From the NCBI GenBank assembly GCA_002348615.1, contig DEBR01000003.1:12268-76267 (forward strand): 64,000 nt of DNA. The letters are read 5' to 3'. The DNA is from Candidatus Saccharibacteria bacterium UBA2951. GTDB taxonomy: Bacteria; Patescibacteriota; Saccharimonadia; Saccharimonadales; Saccharimonadaceae. The position numbers were made by a program, and so were the translations under genes. A model generated the notes under the pieces. The model was not told where the DNA came from and did not search any database. It worked only from the letters and a program-made list of their open reading frames with translations. Below are positions 47,099 to 56,422 of this stretch, piece by piece (position 1 is the stretch's first letter; the number at the start of each line of letters is the position of its first letter).

Positions 47099-47226
47099 AT
47101 TGCGTATGTGTTTATTTAAAAATACTGGTTCTGGTGTGCATATTACCACAAACGGAAACAAAACACAAGCTTTTTTAGTAAAATTACCACTTAAAATCGC
47201 ATGTACGGTATACTAGCTAACAGATT

Positions 47227-48735
47227 ATGGCGACACTTAAAGAACTTCGTGACGAAAGATTACGCAAATTAGAAGAACTACGCGCACTCGGTGTAGACCC
47301 GTACCCGGCAAAAAGTAAACGAACCCATACGCTGGCTGAAGTTACGGGTAAGTTTGACGAGCTTGAAAATAAAGACGTCACCGTCGTCGGACGTATTGCC
47401 GGTATACGAAAGTTCGGCAAACTCGGATTTATCGTGCTTAAAGACATGAGCGGGCAAGTACAACTATTCCTTAAGGCCGACACGGTGGAACCATTGAACG
47501 CCGCTGAAAGCCAAGTCGGTATGAATGAACTGCCACTGCTTGATACCGGCGACTTTGTGCAGGCAAGTGGACCGGTCATCAAGACCAAGACCGGTGAAAT
47601 ATCGGTCGACGTGCGCAAACTGAAGCTTCTTACCAAGTCGCTTCGCCCAATGCCAACCAAACAAGACGGCTTTACCAACAAAGAAGAACGCATGCGCCGC
47701 CGCTACGTCGATATGAACGTCAACGAAGACGTGCGCCAGCGATTCGTTCGCCGCAGTAAGTTTTGGCAAGCTACCCGTAAGTTCTTAGACGACCACGGCT
47801 TTTACGAAATAAATATTCCAGTGCTAGAGCACACTACCGGTGGTGCCGACGCCAACCCGTTCGTGACTCACATGGACGCGCTCGACAACGATTTTTACCT
47901 ACGTATCAGCCACGAACTACCACTTAAACGACTGCTTGGTGGTGGCTTTGAAAAGGTCTACGATGTTGGACCGCGCTTTAGGAACGAAAATTATTCAGAC
48001 GAGCATTTGCCCGAGCACGTTGCCATGGAATGGTACTGGGCATACGCCGATTGGCACGACGGCATGAACTTCATGACCGAAATGTACCGTTATGTGCTAA
48101 AAGAAACGTTCGGCACGCTCAAGTTCAAGTTGGGCAACTTTGATGTTGACCTAGAAAAAGAGTGGGAAGAGTGGGACTACGCCGAAGTCATTAAGAAGCA
48201 TTACGACATTGACGTATACGACTGCACGATCGATCAAGTAAAAGGTGCGTTGAAGGCGAATAAGCTGGAGGTTGAAAAGACCGAAAACATTGCCCGCGGC
48301 ATAGACAAGCTTTGGAAAAACATTCGTAAAGACGTTGCCGGGCCGGTATGGCTTATCAACACGCCAAAGTTCATTAGCCCGCTCGCCAAAAGCACGCCAG
48401 GCGACGACAATACGGTGCAGCGGTTCCAGCCGGTCATTGCCGGTAGCGAGCTCGGTAATGGCTTTTCAGAACTTAACGACCCAATAGACCAGTTGAACCG
48501 ATTCGTCGAACAGCAAAGTATGCGCGACGCCGGCGACGAAGAAGCCATGATGCTCGACATCGACTTTGTTGAAATGCTGGAATACGGCATGCCGCCAGCC
48601 TGTGGCTGGGGTTACAGCGAACGCGTGTTCTGGATTTTCGAAGGCGTCACCGCCCGCGAAGGCGTGCCGTTCCCACAGCTGCGGCACGAGATAGATGACA
48701 CGACCAAACAACTTTATCCTGGAGCTAAGTTATAG
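47227..48735 (+). CDS. lysS: Lysine--tRNA ligase (class II)
   Basis: GGADANPF, YLRIS.EL.LKRL, FRNE, ELNDP and YGMPP motifs. Confidence 0.97.
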   Translation: MATLKELRDERLRKLEELRALGVDPYPAKSKRTHTLAEVTGKFDELENKDVTVVGRIAGIRKFGKLGFIVLKDMSGQVQLFLKADTVEPLNAAESQVGMNELPLLDTGDFVQASGPVIKTKTGEISVDVRKLKLLTKSLRPMPTKQDGFTNKEERMRRRYVDMNVNEDVRQRFVRRSKFWQATRKFLDDHGFYEINIPVLEHTTGGADANPFVTHMDALDNDFYLRISHELPLKRLLGGGFEKVYDVGPRFRNENYSDEHLPEHVAMEWYWAYADWHDGMNFMTEMYRYVLKETFGTLKFKLGNFDVDLEKEWEEWDYAEVIKKHYDIDVYDCTIDQVKGALKANKLEVEKTENIARGIDKLWKNIRKDVAGPVWLINTPKFISPLAKSTPGDDNTVQRFQPVIAGSELGNGFSELNDPIDQLNRFVEQQSMRDAGDEEAMMLDIDFVEMLEYGMPPACGWGYSERVFWIFEGVTAREGVPFPQLRHEIDDTTKQLYPGAKL

Positions 48736-49518
48736 GTGAATATAGTAAAGCCGAAAGGCAAACTTGAAGAGCTTATTGGAACCGGTTTATGGATAGAGCT
48801 TGTTCCGACTAGAAAGGGACTCGAATTCAGCGAATATTTTACTGACGTTGATATAGATATCATGAGTGCGCCATTCGTTCAGGGGGATGGTATTGTTAGG
48901 ATACAGCCTGTCTGGGAATCATCATCACATATCTTATATTTTGGTGAACCTCGTGATGAAAAGTTAAGCAGACAAATAACAGTTGCAGATTTTCGAAATA
49001 GCCGTGATTTTTATGCCAAGCTGACTGGTAAAAAAGCAGGGTATAAAGTGCTATATGATCGCGTGTCATTCTTTCGTTCGAAGGAGCTGTATGAACATAT
49101 TGCACAGGTCGAACAATATATAAGAGAAAAGTACGTGGCGGAAGTGGGCTACGATGACTTACCTGTGCCTCAAAAGTTTCGTTCCGATTCAGTTGATCAC
49201 CGAATTACTCAATTTGACTTATTTGAACTGACGGCTATTGAGTTCTTGAAGCCCGCATCAGACGATTATTTCGAATTACAAATCAGCATAGGGCTTTCAC
49301 CAACTGATGCTCGTAAGCTCACACGATTAGATGAGTTTGGTATTCCACTAAGCGGTCCCGAATTAAATCGTTTTCGCCAGATTAGGAATTCTATAATGCA
49401 TTTCAAGGTTGTCACAAATGACGACGTCGCATTTATTGTTGATGCGCACTCAAAAATGAGTTATTTCCACCTTTCTGACATCGTGTATAAATCGATAAAT
49501 AATCAAACAAAAGGATAA
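48736..49518 (+). CDS. Low-GC hypothetical protein with C-terminal Rx4H (HEPN-like) motif
   Basis: 260-aa ORF filling the gap; RNSIMH at 49384-49401; about 40% GC in a 240-nt sample. Confidence 0.6.
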   Translation: MNIVKPKGKLEELIGTGLWIELVPTRKGLEFSEYFTDVDIDIMSAPFVQGDGIVRIQPVWESSSHILYFGEPRDEKLSRQITVADFRNSRDFYAKLTGKKAGYKVLYDRVSFFRSKELYEHIAQVEQYIREKYVAEVGYDDLPVPQKFRSDSVDHRITQFDLFELTAIEFLKPASDDYFELQISIGLSPTDARKLTRLDEFGIPLSGPELNRFRQIRNSIMHFKVVTNDDVAFIVDAHSKMSYFHLSDIVYKSINNQTKG

Positions 49519-50015
49519 TGGCTAACTATAAGGGGCATCTCGTCGGCGGAGCAATTGTAACTGGAGCATTCACAGCACTGATTTCGTTTGCGCCGGTAGA
49601 GAAGTTTGCCGAGTATGCGCATATTCTGCAGGACTGGCAGGCGCTTACGGCGGTGTTTGTAATCGGTATGTTGTTTGCGTTGTTCCCAGATGTTGATACG
49701 AACAGCAAAGGGCAGGATATATTCTATTGGATTTTATTCCCGGTAGATGTTCTACTAATTTATTCAGGTCACCTGCAGGCTGCAGCGTACTTGGGACTCG
49801 TTGGAATGCTGCCGGTGCTGACGCATCACCGCGGTTGGACACATACCAAGTGGGCGATGATATTGATTCCGCTGCCAATCGTTCTAGTGCCGTATTTGTA
49901 CAGCGACAAAGTATTAGCGTTCAGTTTGGTGCTCTACGGCGCTGCGGTGGCGGGATACTTTAGTCATTTGCTACTCGACGGTCTGATTTGGCGCAAATTC
50001 CGTATTAAGAACTAG
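49518..50015 (+). CDS. Membrane-bound metal-dependent hydrolase (YdjM-like)
   Basis: H, PDVD, HRGWTH and SHLLLD motifs. Confidence 0.9.
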   Translation: MANYKGHLVGGAIVTGAFTALISFAPVEKFAEYAHILQDWQALTAVFVIGMLFALFPDVDTNSKGQDIFYWILFPVDVLLIYSGHLQAAAYLGLVGMLPVLTHHRGWTHTKWAMILIPLPIVLVPYLYSDKVLAFSLVLYGAAVAGYFSHLLLDGLIWRKFRIKN

Positions 50016-50037
50016 CCGTTAGCTGTACAATAAAATC

Positions 50038-51786
50038 ATGAAACGGCTGCTGTTGAGCCTGGGGTTGGCAGTTTTCGCACTCTTTGGGGTATCTGCTGCG
50101 CATGCGAGCGTTAATGACTTTACGATTTCAAACTACGACATTAAGTACGAATTGTCGCAGGATTCCAGCGGCCGTTCGGTGCTGAAAACCGTCGAAACGA
50201 TTACGGCACAGTTCCCGAACTACGACCAAAACCACGGAATCGAACGGGCCATTCCGAAAAGTTACGACGACCATTCGGTCAGCCTAGACATCGAATCGGT
50301 CAAAAAAGTCGATGGCTCCGACTGGAACTACACCACCTATGACTCGAATGATAACAAGGTGGTACGGATAGGCGATGCCGACAGGTATGTGCACGGCGAA
50401 CAAACGTACGTGATTACGTACACCCAGCGCGATGTTACCAAATACTTCAATGACACGAACGACGACGAATTCTATTGGGACACCAACGGCACAGACTGGC
50501 AGGTGCCGATTAATAAGTTAAGTGTACAGCTGACTGTGGCCGACAACCTGAAGTCAAGGTTGAACGGCAACACCGCTTGCTATCAGGGTTATAGCGGATC
50601 GAGCACACCGTGCCAAGTGGCTCTAAACGGCTCGACATTTACTACAAGTGCCACTAACCTAATGGCAGGGCAGAACGTTACACTGGCAATCGGATTCAAG
50701 CCGCAGACATTCGCTAAATACGAACCGTCGCTTTTGGATAGGTTAATCGGATTCTATATAGCTTCCATATTCGCGGTCGGTGCGGCTGCTGTTGGTATTC
50801 TTATATGGCTTAGTGTGCGCTGGAACAATTGGTCAAACCGAAAGCGCGACCTTGGCACGGTAATCGCCGAATATACGCCACCGAAAGATGCGAGCCTGAC
50901 GACATCGGCCAGCCTGCATTCGGGCATGGGCTCGTTATTCACCGCACAGCTGCTCGATTTTGCGGTCCGTGGGTACATAAACATCTACCAGACCAGGGAA
51001 AAGTCGCTGTTCAAAGCCGCCGAATACGATATTGAAATCGCTAAGGATATTAGCGATCTTAAGGCTGAGGAACGCGAGATCCTGAACGATATATTCGGTT
51101 CATCACCGAAAGTAGGGGAAAGGCTGGCGCTGAAGACGTTAAAGAATAACACTTCGGTATACACCCGAACGCTTGATAACGACAAAAAACTGAAAACTTT
51201 AGTGCGTGGCGAATATGGCCTGTGCCAAAAGGACGACGCCAAGCGAAGCTGGTTTACGAACGCGGGCTGGGTGCTACTTGGCGCGAGTATTATTTTGCTT
51301 AATCCGCTGTTGTTCTTCGCGTCAATTACCGCATTCGTTCTTGGCTACACGTTGTGGCCGTTGACCGACAAAGGCCTTGATCTGTACCGATACCTTAAGG
51401 GACTTGAACTTTACATAAAGGTCGCCGAAGCAGACCGCATAAAAATGCTGCAAAGCCCAGAGGGTGCCGAAAAGACCGGTGGCGTCGACCCGAACGATCC
51501 ATCACAACTTATTAAGCTGTACGAAAAAGTATTACCATATGCCGTGTTATTCGGCCAGGAAAAAGAATGGTCAAAACGGATTGGCGAGATTTACGCGTCG
51601 ACAGGTAGCGATCCGTCATGGTACCACGGTGTGAACGCGTTCAACGCGGCATCATTCAGTTCGGGTCTAAGCGGCTTTTCAACTGCCGCGGCGTATTCAT
51701 CGGCTAGCAGTTCATCGTCCGGCGGCTCAAGCGGCGGCGGTTCCTCCGGCGGCGGAGGCGGTGGAGGCGGCGGCGGTGGCTGGTAG
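50038..51786 (+). CDS. DUF2207 family membrane protein
   Basis: NHGIER, FYWD..GTDW, LPYAVLFG and terminal GGGGGGGW. Confidence 0.92.
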   Translation: MKRLLLSLGLAVFALFGVSAAHASVNDFTISNYDIKYELSQDSSGRSVLKTVETITAQFPNYDQNHGIERAIPKSYDDHSVSLDIESVKKVDGSDWNYTTYDSNDNKVVRIGDADRYVHGEQTYVITYTQRDVTKYFNDTNDDEFYWDTNGTDWQVPINKLSVQLTVADNLKSRLNGNTACYQGYSGSSTPCQVALNGSTFTTSATNLMAGQNVTLAIGFKPQTFAKYEPSLLDRLIGFYIASIFAVGAAAVGILIWLSVRWNNWSNRKRDLGTVIAEYTPPKDASLTTSASLHSGMGSLFTAQLLDFAVRGYINIYQTREKSLFKAAEYDIEIAKDISDLKAEEREILNDIFGSSPKVGERLALKTLKNNTSVYTRTLDNDKKLKTLVRGEYGLCQKDDAKRSWFTNAGWVLLGASIILLNPLLFFASITAFVLGYTLWPLTDKGLDLYRYLKGLELYIKVAEADRIKMLQSPEGAEKTGGVDPNDPSQLIKLYEKVLPYAVLFGQEKEWSKRIGEIYASTGSDPSWYHGVNAFNAASFSSGLSGFSTAAAYSSASSSSSGGSSGGGSSGGGGGGGGGGGW

Positions 51787-51828
51787 GCCACGAATCGCGC
51801 TATACTAGAAACAGAAGAGGAGGCTGTA

Positions 51829-52062
51829 ATGGGAAACGTGTACGAACTTGACGGACAACTGTTTACGAATGTTGGTGAATTCTTAGATGCGGTGGCACAC
51901 GAGTATAAACATGGTGATAAGGACTTGGCGGTCCAAACTCTCGAAGATTATGGGTTTACGCTCAGCGATATCAACGCCGGCGGACACCAGCCACACCCAC
52001 ACGCCGCGAAGGACGACGCGAATCCTGAGCAGACTCCTGAAAATAACGGTGACGCGTCATGA
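51829..52062 (+). CDS. Small acidic hypothetical protein
   Basis: GAGGAGG RBS; ATGA overlap with the next gene. Confidence 0.75.
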   Translation: MGNVYELDGQLFTNVGEFLDAVAHEYKHGDKDLAVQTLEDYGFTLSDINAGGHQPHPHAAKDDANPEQTPENNGDAS

Positions 52063-52760
52063 TTGAACTGGCGCACGTTTCAAAGATTTACGGCAAGAAA
52101 CAAAACCAATTCACAGCACTTGAGGGAATAAACCTCATCATTGAAAGTGGCAAAAGCGTCGCGATCGTCGGCAAAAGCGGGTCGGGCAAAAGCACGCTCA
52201 TGCATATTATGAGTGGGCTTGACCGCGCGACATCCGGCACGATAACGGTTGATGGCCAAGATATTTCACAGCTGAAAAACCGGGCACTCGATAAGTTTCG
52301 AGCCGAAAAAATCGGATTCATATTCCAATCGTTTTTCGTACAGGCTAACGAAACGTGTTTGCAGAACGTATTGCTGCCTCTTGAGATATCCCGCGCGCCG
52401 CGGTCTGAACGTACCGACATGGCCCTTAACGCGCTGAAAGATGTGGACCTGCTTGAGAAGAAATCATCTAAAGCCAGGGACTTGTCCGGCGGGCAGAAGC
52501 AGCGTCTGGCTATTGCACGGGCGATCGTATCGCACCCGGACATCATATTCGCGGACGAACCGACAGGAAACCTTGATACCGCGACCGGCGACAAAGTTGA
52601 AAAGCTGCTGTTCGATTTTAACAAGCGGCTGGGAAGCACGCTTGTAGTAGTGACACACGACCCCGACCTTGCGAAAAAGTGCGAGATTCAGATACATATG
52701 AAGGACGGCAAGGTCGTGAAGGTCGTTGGAGCGGATTCCAAGAAGGGGAAGAAGAAATGA
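52059..52760 (+). CDS. ABC transporter ATP-binding protein (LolD/MacB type)
   Basis: GKSGSGKS, LSGGQ, DEPTGNLD and VTHD motifs. Confidence 0.95.
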   Translation: MIELAHVSKIYGKKQNQFTALEGINLIIESGKSVAIVGKSGSGKSTLMHIMSGLDRATSGTITVDGQDISQLKNRALDKFRAEKIGFIFQSFFVQANETCLQNVLLPLEISRAPRSERTDMALNALKDVDLLEKKSSKARDLSGGQKQRLAIARAIVSHPDIIFADEPTGNLDTATGDKVEKLLFDFNKRLGSTLVVVTHDPDLAKKCEIQIHMKDGKVVKVVGADSKKGKKK

Positions 52761-54130
52761 GGATGCTGGATATCATCAGGCGGGCTGGCCGTAGTTTACG
52801 AAGTGCCAAGGCTCGTACGTTACTGACAAGCCTGGCGATCGCGGTCGGAGCCTTCACGTTGACTCTTACTCTGGCGGCCGGCAACGGCATTAGTGCCTAT
52901 GTGGACCGGTTGGTCGCAAGCAACTTTGACCCGTCAGAGCTTATCGTTGGTCGGGACAAGGAGGTCGAGAACACGGGCGCTCCGGACTCGTCGCCGCGTG
53001 AGTATGACGAATCTGTGGCGAGCGTTTCATTTGGCGGCCAAGGCAGTTTACAGCTGAAGCAGATTAGCGACGAAGATATAAAAAAGCTTGAATCGCTCAG
53101 TTACGTCAAGCAGGTCAGGCCGAATTACCAAATTGACGCAAGGTATATTACCCGTGAGGGAAGTAAGCGCTACAGCCTGAGTGTGCAGTCGTATAATCCA
53201 GGTCAGAAACCGGAGCTTGCGGCGGGAACATTGCCGAGCCGCGACTTGAAGCCAGGCACGTTGGTGCTACCGGAAGCATACGTCAAACTACTTGGGTTCA
53301 AGGATGCTAAATCGGCGATCGGAAAAACTGTGGACATCGTGACGCAGCAGCCATTCACCGAAGAAGCTATGAGAAGCTTCTTAGCCAGCGGCGCGTTAAC
53401 CCAGCCTGGTGCGGCCGCTCCCGAACCAAAGCGCCAGACAAGTGTATTTACCATTGCGGGTGTAAGCAAGCCAAGCGTCACCAGCCTGGCGACTGCAGGA
53501 CTGCCTGTTCTGCTTAGTTCGGAAGACGCCAAATCTTTGTATGACTTTACCTCGGCCGGTACGCAGAACCATGGCAAATATCTTTACGCCTACGTTCGAG
53601 TCGATGGAGCTGAAGACGTAAAAGTCGCGAACGACGCCAAGAAAAAGCTCAAAGCCATGGGGTATTCGGTCGTGACAAGCCAGGACCTTCAGGCAAGTTT
53701 GCAAACTATCGTCGCGGTGCTGCAAAGTCTTGTGGCTGTGTTCGCTATGATAACGATCATCGCTAGCGTGTTCGGTATCGTGAACACCATGTACATCAGC
53801 GTACTTGAGCGTACCCGGGAAATCGGGCTGATGAAAGCGCTCGGCATGCGTAGTCGATCAGTCGCGTGGTTATTCAGGATCGAAGCGGCATGGATTGGTT
53901 TTTTAGGAGGCGCCTTAGGCGCGACCGTCGCGGTACTCTTAAGCGTTGCCATCAACCCGCTTCTTACTAAGCAGCTTAATCTTGGTAAAGGCAATACCAT
54001 CCTCATGAACGATTGGGGTCAGATACTGCTACTCATTGCCGCGCTAATACTTGTGGCAATTTTGGCTGGTTGGTTCCCGGCACGAAAAGCCGCCAAACTT
54101 GACCCGATTGAAGCTTTGAGGACTGAGTAA
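52757..54130 (+). CDS. ABC transporter permease (MacB/FtsX type)
   Basis: RTLLTSLAIAVG, ERTREIGLMKALG and PARKAAKLDPIEALR; ATGA-coupled start. Confidence 0.94.
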   Translation: MRMLDIIRRAGRSLRSAKARTLLTSLAIAVGAFTLTLTLAAGNGISAYVDRLVASNFDPSELIVGRDKEVENTGAPDSSPREYDESVASVSFGGQGSLQLKQISDEDIKKLESLSYVKQVRPNYQIDARYITREGSKRYSLSVQSYNPGQKPELAAGTLPSRDLKPGTLVLPEAYVKLLGFKDAKSAIGKTVDIVTQQPFTEEAMRSFLASGALTQPGAAAPEPKRQTSVFTIAGVSKPSVTSLATAGLPVLLSSEDAKSLYDFTSAGTQNHGKYLYAYVRVDGAEDVKVANDAKKKLKAMGYSVVTSQDLQASLQTIVAVLQSLVAVFAMITIIASVFGIVNTMYISVLERTREIGLMKALGMRSRSVAWLFRIEAAWIGFLGGALGATVAVLLSVAINPLLTKQLNLGKGNTILMNDWGQILLLIAALILVAILAGWFPARKAAKLDPIEALRTE

Positions 54131-54381
54131 TGACTGAGCGGTATGGCAACTTCGCGGAAGGTATGGGAATGAGTGAAGTCAACGATAAAGTAGATGAACT
54201 CAACGCACGCATCGACCAATTGCAGCAAGACATAGCAACGCTGCAAGAGGCACTTGAAGCAGGCCACATGACTCACGAAGCGTACGAGATGGCGCATGAA
54301 CCGCTCGACCAGCAGCTTTCGATCGCAAAATATAACCGCGACGCATACTTAGCGCGGCTTGAATCGTGGGTGTCAGAGTAA
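54130..54381 (+). CDS. Small coiled-coil hypothetical protein
   Basis: TAATG coupling; heptad pattern. Confidence 0.65.
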   Translation: MTERYGNFAEGMGMSEVNDKVDELNARIDQLQQDIATLQEALEAGHMTHEAYEMAHEPLDQQLSIAKYNRDAYLARLESWVSE

Positions 54382-54407
54382 TGACCTTCTGCTACACTTA
54401 TTGATAT

Positions 54408-55706
54408 ATGTTAGACATCCGTTATATCCGTGAAAATGCCGATAAGGTTCAAGAAGCCGCTAAAAATAAAGGCTACGACGTTTCGATTTCAGAACTTTTG
54501 AAGCTTGATGACGAGCGCCGCGAATTGCAGCAGCAAGTTGACGCACTGCGCGAACGGCGCAACGCGAACGCAGCGAGCATGAAAGGCGGCAAACCGGAAC
54601 AATCGGTCATTGATGAAGGCAAGCAGATAAAGATCGAACTGGCCGAACGCGAAGAATACCTAACTAACACTGAAGTAAAGTTCGTCGAACTATTAAAGAC
54701 CGTGCCGAACGTACCACTCGATATGGTTCCCGTAGGTTCAACGGAAGATGAGAACGTCGTCATTAAAACAAGTGGTGAAAAACCGCAGTTTGATTTTGAG
54801 CCCAAAAGTCACTGGGAACTGGCAGAGGCCCACGATTGGATTGATAAGGAACGTGCGGCCAAAATCGCCGGTGCACGATTCGCCTACCTAAAAGGCGATT
54901 TAGTACGTCTTGAAATGGCTCTTTGGAACTACGGCATGGACGTGCTTGGTTCGCAGGAGACATTGCAGAAAATCATTGACGATAATCACCTTGAAGGTGT
55001 CAGTTCAAAACCGTTCACACCAGTCATCCCGCCCGCCGTCGCGCGTACGGAAGTGTTCCAAGCAACCGGTCGACTGAACAAAGAGGAGCAGACCTACAAG
55101 CTTGAAGACGAAGATCTATGGCTGAACGCGAGCGCCGAGCATACCATGGCTCCTATGTACTTAAACGAAATCCTGCCGGAAGCACAGCTGCCGATTAGAA
55201 TCGTGGGCTATACTACGGCCTTTAGGCGTGAGGCCGGTACGTACGGCAAAGACGCCGAAGGAATCTTCAGGCTGCATCAATTCAATAAATTGGAGATGGA
55301 GAGTTTTACCACGGCCGAAGCCGGCCTGAACGAACACCTGTTCATGGTGGCGATTCAAGAGTATCTGATGGCTTCGCTGGGCTTGCCGTTCCAAACGCTT
55401 GAAAAATGCACGGCCGACATTGGTCGTCCGAACGCGAAGGGTGTCGACATCAATACCTGGCTGCCGGGACAGAGCGAATATCGTGAAACCCACACAGCTG
55501 ATTACATTACCGACTACCAAGCCCGACCTATGAAAACACGGGTTCGTCGTCAAGATGACACCGTACAATTCGTTCACACGAACGATGCCACAGTATTTTC
55601 GGAACGACCTCTAGTAGCGATACTTGAGAACTTCCAAACCGCCGATGGAAACGTGGTGATTCCAGAGGTACTACGCCCATACATGGGTGGCCGCGACATA
55701 CTTTAG
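54408..55706 (+). CDS. serS: Serine--tRNA ligase
   Basis: MLDIRYIR, FRREAG, GIFRLHQF.K.E and HTN motifs. Confidence 0.97.
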   Translation: MLDIRYIRENADKVQEAAKNKGYDVSISELLKLDDERRELQQQVDALRERRNANAASMKGGKPEQSVIDEGKQIKIELAEREEYLTNTEVKFVELLKTVPNVPLDMVPVGSTEDENVVIKTSGEKPQFDFEPKSHWELAEAHDWIDKERAAKIAGARFAYLKGDLVRLEMALWNYGMDVLGSQETLQKIIDDNHLEGVSSKPFTPVIPPAVARTEVFQATGRLNKEEQTYKLEDEDLWLNASAEHTMAPMYLNEILPEAQLPIRIVGYTTAFRREAGTYGKDAEGIFRLHQFNKLEMESFTTAEAGLNEHLFMVAIQEYLMASLGLPFQTLEKCTADIGRPNAKGVDINTWLPGQSEYRETHTADYITDYQARPMKTRVRRQDDTVQFVHTNDATVFSERPLVAILENFQTADGNVVIPEVLRPYMGGRDIL

Positions 55707-55754
55707 AGTGCTATACTATAAGTACAAGAACTTCTAACGAAGGAGGGCACTTAC

Positions 55755-56132
55755 ATGATCCAATCAATCGCAATCACAGGCGTCAAATATGACATCGATG
55801 ATACGACTCAAAAATACGTGATGCGAAAGATAGGACGGCTCGACAGATTCCTCCCGCGACACGCACGAAAAAGCGTTTCCGCCGAAGTAAAGCTTAAAGA
55901 GGTCAACCGGGACAACGGCAACAAATACGAAGCCGAAATCATTCTGCATGTACCTGACAAACAGCTGGCTGCCAAGGATTCGACTGTCAATATGATCGCG
56001 GCGGTCGACATCGTTGAAGCCAAGATCGTGAGCCAACTTCGAAAGTACAAGGATCTTCACCTTGGTCACACCGGTCGAGCACGCGCAGTCCTGTCGCAAT
56101 TCAAACGAAGTTACGACCGCGAAGCCGCCTAG
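55755..56132 (+). CDS. hpf: Ribosome hibernation factor HPF/RaiA
   Basis: YV.RKIGRLDRF and AAVD....KI.SQLRKYK; upstream of secA. Confidence 0.88.
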   Translation: MIQSIAITGVKYDIDDTTQKYVMRKIGRLDRFLPRHARKSVSAEVKLKEVNRDNGNKYEAEIILHVPDKQLAAKDSTVNMIAAVDIVEAKIVSQLRKYKDLHLGHTGRARAVLSQFKRSYDREAA

Positions 56133-56151
56133 CGACTACGCAAAACGATGT

Positions 56152-56185
56152 AAAACTGTCCGCTATGCAACTGGCGGGCAGTTTT
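56152..56185 (+). terminator. Intrinsic terminator after hpf
   Basis: AAAACTGTCCGC-loop-GCGGGCAGTTTT. Confidence 0.75.
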
Positions 56186-56233
56186 GTTACGATAAAAGCA
56201 TAAGAGTTTAACCAAAAGGGAACATAAACACGC

Positions 56234-56317
56234 ATGACCCAGCAATTAGTCACATGCTTTTCAGCAGGCATATTTGCCGCCGTGGTATTCATGGTCGCAC
56301 TGGCATCCTTCGCCTAG
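56234..56317 (+). CDS. Candidate 27-aa hydrophobic membrane peptide
   Basis: MTQQLVTCFSAGIFAAVVFMVALASFA; TGnTACGAT box and AAAGGGA upstream; below the ORF-track cutoff. Confidence 0.55.
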   Translation: MTQQLVTCFSAGIFAAVVFMVALASFA

Positions 56318-56422
56318 TCGAATTTACGCCATAATTTCAGGGGTATTCGGACTTCCAGCCAGGTCCGTTTCAGGGTATAATAATGCGTAGTTTTGAACTA
56401 GGCTGATAAGAGACGAGGGAAT

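Noticed and set aside
51700..51783. GGC-rich low-complexity repeat
   Set aside because: Encodes the normal Ser/Gly tail of DUF2207 proteins.
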